A stretch of DNA of 64,000 nucleotides from Azolla caroliniana (taxonomy: Eukaryota > Plantae > Polypodiophyta), in NCBI GenBank assembly GCA_043228905.1, contig JBHGNT010000018.1, positions 5,332,001 to 5,396,000 of the forward strand, given 5' to 3'. The notes under the pieces are model-generated. The model saw only the letters and a program-made list of their open reading frames with translations. It did not search any database and was not told where the DNA came from. This document shows, piece after piece, positions 42,318-54,000 of the stretch; the first letter of the stretch is position 1, and each line of letters starts with the position of its first letter. A program made the translations under genes and the position numbers.

Positions 42318-45300
42318 TGTTGGGAGATAGGTCCCTCCGGATGGGAAGGGAGAAGATCAGTGACGATGAACAAACTCGGCCGAGGACGAAACCGGATGAG
42401 GAGTACCCGGCTACGGAGAGCCGGATGGTGCAGGCCCAGTATGAACCGGATGAGGAGTACCCGGCTACGGAGAGCCAGATGGTGCAGGCCCGGTATGAAC
42501 CGGATGAGGAGTACCCGGCTACGGAGAGCCGGATGGTGCAGGCCCGGTATGAACCGGATGAGGAGTACCCGGCTACGGAGAGCCGGATGGTGCAGACCCG
42601 GTATGAACCGGATGAGGAGTACCCGGCTACGGAGAGCCGGATGGTGCAGACCCGGTATGAACCGGAGGAAGAGACATATTCGTAAATATGTTTCTGAGAG
42701 CCCATTTTGGCTATATTTGTAAATAGCCGAAAAGTCATATTAGTATAAATATGACTTAGGGCAAACTAATAGGTTGTTGTTGTCATTTTCTGTTTTTGCA
42801 CGAGAGTTGTGTGCGTAACTGTACAGAGAGAGAGAGAGAGAGAGAGAGAAAGAGGTCGTTGCCTCTGTTGTAACCGCCGCCTGTGGCGAAGATTTGTGAG
42901 CACGAGGTCGGTGCCTTAGTGAACTCACTGTTGTATATTCCTACATAGTGACAGTTTGCAGCCTGTGGGCTGCCGTGGTTTTTCCCCAGTTTGGGGTTTT
43001 CCACGTAAACCTCCTGTGTATTCTCTCCTTCTTTGTGTCGCGTGTTATTTCCCGTTTTTTGTGTATCATTCTAAGCTCGGTTGTGGCCGAGCCTTGAGCA
43101 TAAGGAACGTTGGGTTCCCGTCAAGTGGTATCAGAGCGAAATCGACACAGAAAATGGACGAATCGTTTGGCGGCATGTTCAAGCTCACCGGCTCCAACTA
43201 TTCAGTGTGGAAGTCAAAGATGAGGGAGATGCTCGTTGTTAAAGACCTCTGGCTGCCGGTTCAGTTCGGGGACAAGAGACCGGACAAAATCGACGCCGCA
43301 ATATGGGAGGTGATGCACATGAAGACAACGGCGTACATACGGTGCTTCATCGACATGAGCCTGTACAACAACTTCAATGAAGAGAGCAAGGCTCATGAGC
43401 TCTAGGAGAAGATCGGCATAATGTTCCAAAACAAAAATGCTGTTAATCAGGTTTCGGTATTCCGGAAGCTAGTAAGACTCCGGTACCCCGATGGCTCCAG
43501 CATGGCGGAGCATATGAATGCCTTCCAGGGGTTGATACACCAGGCAACGTCATTGGAAGTACCTCTTGCCGATGAAGTATTAGCGCTAATCCTGCTCGGC
43601 TCCCTCCCGGATAGCTGGGAGACGTTGGTTGTCACTTTGGGCAACGCCGGGCCGGAAGGAAAACGGTTATCCCTAGCAAGAGTAAAGTCGAGCTTGCTAG
43701 ATGAGGAGGCGCGTCGGAAAGACAAAAATACGAGCTCCGACTCCAAAGCGCTTCTTACCGAATCGGAACACGGAAGACATAGAAACCGTAGTCCCCAGAA
43801 CCGGGAGAAGTCGGGGACACAGTCAAAGTCAAGGGGGAGGCCTACTTGCTTCTATTGCGGCAAGCCGGGACACTTCGAAAAGAACTGTCGGCATTTCCGT
43901 AAAGACAAGGAAACCGACGGCGATTTGAAGCAAACCCCGGACCGGAACGGTAAAGACCGGAACGGTAAAGACCGGAGGGGGCCGGACCGGAAGGGAACGA
44001 CGACAATCGCAGCAAGTGAAGAAGAGTTGATGCTCATCATCGAGGAGAGTGAAATAAACCTTGCCGGCGACGAGATGACCTGTCTGGTAGACTCCGGAGC
44101 ATCGTTCCACCTTACCCCGGACCGGAAATGCTTCTCTTCCTATTCAGCCGGTGATCACGACTGTGTCCAGATGGGGAATGAAGGAACATGCAAAATTGTT
44201 GGCATGGGAGACGTGTGGCTGTCAACACTAACCGGATGCAAGTTGCTGCTGAAGGATGTCCGACACGTTCCGGAAGTTCGTTTGAACCTGATATCAGCCG
44301 GTCGGCTAGATGATGAAGGCTACACGAGTAGCATCCGGAATGGTGTCATGAAGTTCAGCAAAGGGAGCCTGATTGTGGCTCGGGCCCGGAAGGTAAACAC
44401 ACTGTACCAGATGAATGCCCGGTTACGTCCGGAAGAAGTGAACATGGCATCCGACATTGCCGGTGAGCTTTGGCACAAGAGGCTGTGTCACATGAGCGAG
44501 AAGGGGATGAAGAGGCTTGCAGATGACAACCTCATTCCAGTGAAGAACGTGCACTTACAGAAGTGCACTGATTGTCTGGCCGGTAAGCAAAACCGGACCT
44601 CCTTCCGACCAAGGCCACCGATGAGACGTAATGCACCACTGGAGTTGGTGCATACGGATGTGTGTCAGGTAGACACGAAGTCACATGCCGGAGTGCAGTA
44701 CTTCGTGACGTTCATAGATGACCACAGCCGGAAGTTGTGGGCCACACCGTTGAAGACAAAGGATCAGGTGTTATCCGTCTTCAAAGAGCTCCACGCGAGA
44801 GTGGAAAGAGAAACCGGCCGGAAGCTGAAGGCGGTTCGAGCAGATAACGGAGGAGAGTACCGAGGGCAGTTCGAGGAGTACTGCCACTCGAAGGGAATCC
44901 GGCTCGAATTTACCGTGCCGAAGACGCCGGAACTAAACGGACTGGCCGAGAGGATGAACCGGACCATAATGGAGAGGGTCCGGAGTATGCTAGCGCATGC
45001 AAAACTACCCAAGAAGTTTTGGGCTGAGGCACTGTCGACGGCGACATATGTGATTAATAGATCACCCTCACTACCCTTGGACGGAGACAAGCCACAGAGA
45101 GTGTGAACCGGTAAGGAAGTATCCTACCGGCATCTGAGGGTGTTTGGGTGTCTCGCGTACGTGCATGTAGCAAAGGACCGGAGAGGAAAGTTAGATCCAA
45201 AGACCCGGCCATGCATATTCCTCGGTTACGATGACGATGAGTTCGGCTACCGAGCGTGGGACCTGGTCGACAAGAAGGTATTCCGGAGTCGAGATATTAT

Positions 45301-48023
45301 CTTCATGGAGGACAAGACGCTCGCCGACTGGGAGTCGGAGAAGAAGATAATGAACTCTGAGTCGACTGGTAAGGATAGACTCTACAATGAGCAGACCCAA
45401 CCGGCAAGAGACCGGTTAGCACTCAAGGAACCAGCCGGTTACGGTGAGGATACCGAACCGGCAGAAGAAGAAGTAGAGGAAGCTGAGACCGGAACCGGCC
45501 AAGACCCCGAATCGGATTCAGATGAAGATCAAATGGAGGAGCTGGTTACCGAAGCCCGAAGACGTAGATATCCTCTCAGAGAGAGAAGGGCCCCCCGAAG
45601 ATTTCCGGATGCAGAGCATGTTCTGCTGACCGATGAGGGGGAGCCGGAAAGCTTCGAAGAAGTGAAGGAAGACACCCACAACCGAAAATGGTTAAGTGCC
45701 ATGCAGGACGAGATGGATTCCCTGCATGAGAACCATACATACGAATTGGTGGAGTTGCCGAAAGGAAAGCGGGCACTCCGAAACAAGTGGGTGTACAAGT
45801 TGAAACCGGGAGATGCCGGCAACCCCCCGAGATACAAAGCCAGGATCATGGTGAAGGGGTTCAAGCAGAAGAAGGGCGTGGACTTCGATGAGATATTTGC
45901 CCCGGTAGTAAAGATGACCTCCATCCGGACGGTGCTGAGTATAGCAGCAAGCATGGACCTCGAGGTAGAGCAGTTGGACGTGAAGACGGCATTCCTTCAC
46001 GGTGACCTCGAAGAGGAGATCTACATGCAGCAACCGAAAGGATTTGTGGAGAAAGGGAAGGAGCACCTGGTATGCCGGTTGAAGAAGAGCCTGTACGGAC
46101 TGAAGCAGGCTCCCCGGCAATGGTATCGGAAGTTCGACTCCTTCATGACCGATCAAGGGTACCACAAGATGCAGACCGATCACTGCGTGTTTGTGAAGAA
46201 GTTCGAAGGAGGGGACTTCCTGATACTCCTCCTGTACGTGTATGACATGTTGATCGTCGGACGTGACCAAGTCAAAATACGGATGCTGAAGAAGGCTCTC
46301 AACCGGACCTTCTCAATGAAAGACTTGGGGTCCGGCAAGACAGATGTTGGGGATGCACATCATTCGGGACCGGTTAAAGAAGCAACTATGGTTGTCACAG
46401 GAGAAGTATGTGACAAAGGTGCTTCACCGGTTCAACATGTCAGAAGCGAAACCGGTCGGATCGACACTTCCGGCAAACTGCAGGCTATCCGGTAAGCAAA
46501 GCCCGAAGACGAAAGCAGAGAAGGCGGATATGATGAAGATCCCATATGCCTCTGCCGTCGGGAGCTTGATGTACGCAATAGTTTGTACCCGACCGGACAT
46601 TGGATACGCAGTCGGAGTGGTGAGCCGGTTTATGAGCAATCCCGGCAAGGAGCATTGGAACGCGGTCAAGTGGATACTCCGGTATTTGAAGGGCACTTCA
46701 AATATGTGTCTCCGATTTGGCTCCGGAAAATCTCAACTGGACGGTTTCACCGATTCGGACATGTCGGCTAATGTGGATACTAGCCGGTCTACATCCGGGT
46801 ATGTGATGACATATGCAGGGGGAGCTGTTTCATGGCAGTTGAGGCTGCAGAAGACGGTTGCATTGTCAACCACAGAGGCGGAGTACATGGCGGCTGTGGA
46901 AGCCGGCAAGGAAATATTATGGATGAAGGACTTCATCGGAGAGCTCGGTATCCGGCAAGAGGAATACCGACTCTATTGTGACAGTCAAAGTGCCATCCAC
47001 CTTGCTAAGAATGCGGCCTACCATTCCCGGACGAAGCATATCCAGCGGAGGTATCACTGGATCCGGGAAAGAGTAGATGACCAGGAGTTCGCACTGACGA
47101 AGATCCACACGGCCGAGAACGGGTCAGATATGCTAACCAAAGTGCTGACACCCGACAAGCTGGACGCATGCTGGAAGAGGATCGGACTGGTAAGACACCC
47201 CATGCCGGAGTGAAGGGGGAGTTTGTTGGGAGACAGGTCCCTCCGGATGGGAAGGGAGAAGATCAGTGACGATGAACAAACTCGGCCGAGGACGAAACCG
47301 GATGAGGAGTACCCGGCTACGGAGAGCCGGATGGTGCAGGCCCGGTATGAACCGGATGAGGAGTACCCGGCTACGGAGAGCCGGATGGTGCAGGCCCGGT
47401 ATGAACCGGATGAGGAGTACCCGGCTACGGAGAGCCGGATTGTGCAGGCCCGGTATGAACCGGATGAGGAGTACCCGGCTACGGAGAGCCGGATGGTGCA
47501 GACCCGGTATGAACCGGATGAGGAGTACCCGGCTACGGAGAGCCGGATGGTGCAGACCCGGTATGAACCGGAGGAAGAGACATATTCGTAAATATGTTTC
47601 TGAGAGCCCATTTTGGCTATATTTGTAAATAGCCGAAAAGTCATATTAGTATAAATATGACTTAGGGCAAACTAATAGGTTGTTGTTGTCATTTTCTATT
47701 TTTGCACGAGAGTTGTGTGCGTAACTGTACAGAGAGAGAGAGAGAGAGAAAGAGGTCGTTGCCTCTGTTGTAACCGCCGCCTGTGGCGAAGATTTGTGAG
47801 CACGAGGTCAGTGCCTCAGTGAACTCACTGTTGTATATTCCTACATAGTGACAGTTTGCAGCCTGTGGGCTGCCGTGGTTTTTCCCCAGTTTGGGGTTTT
47901 CCACGTAAACCTCCTGTGTATTCTCTCCTTCTTTGTGTCGCGTGTTATTTCCCGTTTTTTGTGTATCATTCTAAGCTCGGTTGTGGCCGAGCCTTGAGCA
48001 TAAGGAACGTTGGGTTCCCGTCA
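42318..48023 (+). mobile_element. Ty1/copia element D (relative of C), nested in H
   Basis: TSD GAACA; LTRs 42318-43123 and 47224-48023; PBS tggtatcagagc 43126-43137; gag-pol 43154-47213 with stops at 43403 and 45104, a frameshift near 46330, and RT motif YVYD. Confidence 0.96.
42389..42668. repeat. 54-bp x5 CCGG-rich tandem array in U3 of D (also ~47295-47574)
   Basis: Unit gaaccggatgaggagtacccggctacggagagccggatggtgcag(g/a)cccggtat. Confidence 0.95.
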
Positions 48024-51000
48024 GAACATCGAGTTGTGGCACAAAAGAATCGGCCACATCAACTGCCAACGGCTCCGAGCTATGCAAACAAAGGGAGTCG
48101 TCATCGGATTTCTGACATTCGAGTCGAAACGAGTCGACCAAGTATGCGAAGCGTGTCAACTCGGCAAACAACATCGACACCCATTCCCGAAGGAGAGCTC
48201 CACAAGCAAAGGCCTGATCGACATCATACACTTGGATGTATGGGGACCGGCTGAAATGCCGACGATCAGCGGATGCCGATACTACGTAACCTTCATCGAC
48301 GACTACTCGCGCTACGCGTGGATCTACCCGATGAAGAAGAAGAGGGAATTGTTCTCCCACTTCCAAAAGCTCATGGTGCAAGTCGAAAAAGAAACTGGTC
48401 GGCACATTCGACGCTTATGATCGGATGGAGGAAAGGAGTACTTCTCTGATGAGTTCAACTCCTACCTCCAAAGTGAAGGCCTTCAGAGAGAATTCTCATG
48501 CCGATACACACCCCAACAAAATGGAGTCGCCGAAAGGAAAAATCGGCAAATACTCGAGGTAGCACACGCCATGATTCATGAGAAGCACATGCGGAATTTC
48601 TATTGCGTCGAAGCGGCATCCACAACCGTCTATCTCATGAACCGGTGCACCACCAATGGAGTCCATGAGCTAACTCCATATGAGCTCCTTGTCGGAAGGA
48701 AGCCGATCCTGTCGCACCTCAAGGTGTTCGGAAGCATTGCGAATGTATCCATCCCGAACAAACAACGATAGAAGCCTGGCGCGAAGTAGGAGGAATGTAT
48801 CTTCATAGGATACTCGTTCGAGAAGAAGGCATACAAGTGCTACAACCCGTTGACGCGAGAAGTTCGCGTAAGTTGAGACGTAGTCTTCGACGAGTACGCA
48901 TCCTGGTACGCACCAGAGACCTCTTCGACTCTGACTACGCTCGATGTGGATTACGCCGAACAAGAGGTAGAAGCCGAAGATCAACTCGCGCATATGAACG
49001 AAGAAAGTCTAATTACGACCGAGCTTAGTGGCCCACAAGAATCTCCATGCGACCCAAGCACGTCGTGGACAAGTACGAACTTGGACAAAGGCAAAGCTAA
49101 GATGGCCAAATACGAAGTCGACCACCCCAAGGACAATGATTCGGATGGATTGGCTCCCTCACTAGACACTGAGTTCGGTGTACCCAACATGTGTACACTC
49201 GGAGTAAGGAAGGCACTCACATCGGCGAGCAAAAAACATCGACACTCTTCTAGAGAGAAGAATCCCGTCGCTCGGCTCAGCTACAACGAGTATATGGCCC
49301 ATCATTACGCCTTCTCGATGAAGGTAGCGGCCGATCAAGAGCCCAAGAGCTCCATTGAAGCGGTTCGTAACCCACGATGGGTGGAAGTAGTCGACCTTCA
49401 CCCACACGCTACAAGCCTTCGTCACCGGCTTGAGGGGGAGGACTCGAGATTGCCACGGCGAACAAAGCCGAAGGCCGGACGGAAGCCGCACAGAAGCCGA
49501 CATCACCGGATGTCGGACGCCTCACACTTGAGTTTCAGGGGGCGTGTTGAGAGATCAAGCTCAACTTAGTTTAGTTAGTTAGTCAACACATGTAACTTAG
49601 TAGTTACCTAGATAGAATCTAGTTAGTGTGTTGACCATAAAGCCTTAAATAGGATTTTGTGCTCGAGTGGGATACATTGTAGATCCACCACTTCATGCTC
49701 ATTTAATATAGGACTTACATGTTGTACCTATATTCTCCTAGCACATGTGCACCCTTGCACATGAAACCTATATATACCTCATTGAAGGTACTTTTGTATT
49801 TGATGATAGTTGATGATATTTACCTTTTAATATACTTTATCATCCCCCATCTTGTTTTTGTGTTCATAAGTGTACTTCTCTCTCTCTTCCTCTCACGCAC
49901 ACATACACACACATATCACTTAATCTTCCGCTACGTAATCACATAATTAGGTAATAATTATTCCTTAATTAATTACCTAATCCTTAACAATTAGAACATG
50001 TTGTAAACGAGAGGAGGCTTATATCCCATAAAATGCATTCCTACTTCTCTTATTTTAGAAGCATATCATTCTACCCCAATTCAATCCTCTATATCTCTAA
50101 CTAATCTTCATTCTCTCTCTTCTATTTGGCATTTTCGTCTAGGCCGTATGCATTTCAATGCTCAAAAAACATTCCAATGTAATAATCTAGTCCATGGTTC
50201 GCCAAAAGAACCTTTCAAGCCCATCTCTTTCTGTGAAAGTTGTATCCTTGGGAAAATGCCCCAACAATCCTTCCCAAAGCATAAATCTAGAGCCACTACC
50301 CCTCTTGTATTAGTACATAGTGATCTATGTGGACCTTTCCCAACCCCTTCTCTTAGTGGAGCCAAATATTTCATTAGCTTTATAGATGACTTTAGTAGAT
50401 TTACAATCTTGCATTTTCTCAAGTACAAATGTCAAGCTTATCAAGCATTCAAAGAATACAAGGCTCGAGTCGAAGTGCAAACATCATCAAAGATTAAAAG
50501 TCTTCAAACCGATGGTGGTGTGAGTATATGTCTCATGAATTTCAAAATTTGTATCAAAATGAAGGCATACATCATAGAATATAAACACCACACACACCAC
50601 AACAAAATGGTGTATCTGAAAGGGAATATAGATCACTTCTCTTGATATGGCTCGGAGTATGTTACAATTTTATCACTTATCGCCTCAATTTTGGGAGGAC
50701 GCAGTTGGCACCGCTTGCTAGATTCAAAATCAAGGATTTCATAGATCCCTGGGGCTCCAAACCCCTTATGAACTATGGCATGGTCACAAACCTAACTTAA
50801 GTAACCTTTGTATTTTTGGTTGTGATGCTTATGCTTTTGTGCCAAATGTTTAAAGAAATAAGCTAAATCCAAGGGCTACAAAATCAATTTTCATCGTATT
50901 TGGAGAAGCTTCGGGATACAAGGCGTACAAGCTCTACGATCCACAAAAGCGAAGAATATTCTTTAGCCTCAAAGGTTTCTTCTTCACTCTCTTTTAATCT

Positions 51001-54000
51001 ACCTCCTTTATTACCTACCCCTACCCACTTTCAACCATCTTCCTCAACCATCTCTAATATTAATAGCTCTCATATTGAAGGAACCAACATTGGCTCATCC
51101 TCTACTTCCACTATTTGTGTTGCTCTTCCATCTAATCACAAAGCAAAGATCAATTCTACTCAACTATCTAATTCTTCTTATCATCTTCCCTCATTCCAAT
51201 CTCTAGATGATTCTCTTCCTCATACTCCTTTAAATACACATTGTTTAACTCCCTCTAACAATACAAATAATGTTATCTTCTCCACTCCCTCTCCTAATCC
51301 TTCATTCCAAGCTTCATAACCAACTTCTCCACCAACCTCTTCACCTCCAAAGTATAGATCTCTAAATAGTATTTATGAACAACTCGATCAAATGCAAGCA
51401 CATTTTGTGGACTTAGACCATGAAGCTTATATTCAAGAAGAAGATATTCCAATCCTTAGTGATGACACAAATCTATTGGCCAAAGATGCACTTTCCGGAT
51501 CAGATTCTATCAAATGGAGAAAGGCTATGGAAGAAGAAATGAAGGCTTTACTTAAAAAGGTATGTGGACCCTCGTTGAGCCTCCAAAAGATCGTCAAATA
51601 ATTGGTTCTAAATGGGTCTTACGCATCAAGCGAGATAGTAATGGTAATCCAATTCGCTTTAAGGCTCGTGTAGTTGCTCAAGGATTTTCTCAAGTACCAG
51701 GTATTGATTTTCAAGATACATTTAGTCCAACACTAAAAATATGTGGTTTTCGAATGCTTGTTGCTCTTGCCGCTCAACATGATCTAGAGTTGCATCACTT
51801 GGATGTACAAACGGCTTTTCTTCAAGGAGATTTAGATGAAGAACTTTATTTACAACAACCACAATTTTTTGAAGATCTAAGTCATCCAACACATGTTTGT
51901 TGGCTTCATAAATTTAATTACGGCCTTAAGCAATCTCCACGCATATGGTATCACAAACTACACTCTTTTCTTATAAAAGTTGGATATCATCGTCCAAACA
52001 ATGAGCCAAATATATATGTTAGAAAAGCCAAATCCAAGTTTGTTATCATAGGTGTCTATGTTGATGATTTGCCCTTGATCTCTAATTCTAAATCTTATCT
52101 AGCTATTGCAAAGAAGCAACTCACATATGTCTTTCCTATCACCGATTTAGGCCATATGACACATTTTCTAGGCATCAAAGTAACTCAAAATAGAACAAAT
52201 AATATTATCTCATTATCACAATCAAACTATATTAATTCTATTCTCCAAAGATTTGATATGCTTCATAGTAAACCTATTAGTAATCCTCTTACCTCTCCAT
52301 ATAAACTTTCAAATGATGTTTGTCCCAAGAATGAATGAGAAATTTCCATAATGAAGGATGTACCCTATAAACAAATCCTTGGGCGTAACATCCCGATTTT
52401 TGCTTTGACGCCGGTTTTCTTTCTCGTTTCATGGCTAATCCAGGACCAAAGCATTGGATCACACTCAAAAGATTACTATGATACTTGAAGCATACTCAAC
52501 ATTATGCGTTGACTTACTCGGCCACACAATCTGAGTCAACCACACTTGTGCAAGCATGGACAAATCCCTTTAGCCAACTAATTGGTTGGTTCAACTTAGA
52601 TTGGGGGGGATATGTGAACGATTGCAAGTCAACAAGTGACTATGTTTACACACTAGCTGGCGCTGCAATTTTGTGGAAATCAAAGAAACAATCTACCGTA
52701 GCGTTGTCATCCACTGAAGCTGAATATGTTGCCACGACTTTGACGGCTAAAGAAGGCATATGGATTAAAGCTATGCTTGAAGAATTTAAACTATTTACTA
52801 TTCCAACAATGACTTTGTTTTATGATAATCAATCTTGCATCAAGTTAGCCAACAATTCGAAGATGAGCGACAATATACGTCATGTGGACTTAAAACATCA
52901 TTTTCTTCGTGATCTCATTGAAACAAAGAAGATAGAGTTAAAGTTTTCTCCCACTCATCAAATGTGGGCTGATTTTCTAACGAAACCTCTTCGACATTCT
53001 AAGCACATTATTGGTTGCAAGCAAGTTGGATTAATTGATGTAATCGAAGATAAAGATGAAAATCTACACTTCTAGAAATTTTTGCTTAGCGGGGAGTGTG
53101 GAAAATAATAATAATTATAAGTGAAAAAAATTAATAAATAAATATTAGTTGTAGTAGTTATTAGTTCTTAGGAATATGGTTTCCGTCATAAGAAGGAAAT
53201 CGTAACCGTATCGGTGGTGGTCTTATAAAGCCACCACCAATGATGTAATAGTGAGGGCCTTCCATTAATACAATACGTTTCTGTGTGTCGTAGTCACATC
53301 GACATTTTGCATGCGATGATGTAGTACGCTGTGGAGGTTTTCCTCGCGGATGCGTGGAATGAGGCGGGACCTCAGGGGTCCTGTACCGAAGAGCAAGAGA
53401 GAAAGGACAAGAGACCCACTACGTGCGAACGTAGATTCACAGGGACATGGCCCTTCGACACAAAGACGCGAGTGGGACAGCGACACAGAGAGACACGAAT
53501 GTATGTATGTATTAACAAAGACAACAACAAGAACACGGAAGCAACAAAAACACGAAGTCGGTTACAACCGAACAGGCCGGCGAACAGATGCCGATGCCTG
53601 TTTGTAAATGCACAGAAAGACAGGAGCAGGTTGGAGGTGCTGCCAGAAGCACTCGGGCATTCCTCAGCGCAACGCGAGCCTCCCGAAACCTACACAGAAG
53701 GAAGCTATCGAGTTTGCGAACTAGAGAGAGAGAGATAAGCCTTCGCACGCAAACCAACAGCACTTCGTCCTCGACTCTCCGCGATCCCTCTCCCCTCCTT
53801 GTCTCCCTCCTTTTATAGGCAAGGAAGGAGCCGTTTCTTATTAACTTCCTACCTACCGAGGATCTTCTATGTACAACATAAGGCGCACGTGTATGAAGAG
53901 CCGGTTCCTACGCTCCGGTGCACCGATTCCGCTTGTGGACGGGTTTCTTCACGACATCCGCCCCCACCTAACTGCGCATCCACCGACATGCGCCAAATTG

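Larger units (their letters stand above)
40415..49989 (+). mobile_element. Ty1/copia element H lacking RT/RNase H, nested in G
   Basis: TSD ATTAG; 445-bp LTRs 40415-40859 and 49545-49989 (about 5 differences by eye); degenerate PBS cggtatcaaagc; gag 41029-, PR WFVDSGAS, INT 48024-; only ~160 bp between the pre-RT motif EPKSSIEAVRNPRW and the 3' LTR. Confidence 0.93.
38399..53250 (+). mobile_element. Old Ty1/copia element G (degenerate; hosts a solo LTR, H and D)
   Basis: Related LTR starts tgtggaaaataataataattata at 38399 and 53097; gag from ~38716; knuckle YCKICKRTNHATKDSC; PR WYLDTSATNH; INT 50148-; RT YVDD; RH MWADFLTKP ending 53075; PPT agcggggag. Right end uncertain. Confidence 0.8.

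Noticed and set aside
41651-42685. Protease fused to an (EPDEEYPATESRMVQARY)x5 repeat protein, and the 47223-47591 ORF
   Set aside because: Read-through from H into the D LTR; the 54-bp unit is open in several frames, and the related C unit is 55 bp and so not frame-preserving
53286-53329. TGTCGTAGT start of a further LTR into which E and F may have inserted
   Set aside because: No partner LTR or TSD inside the window
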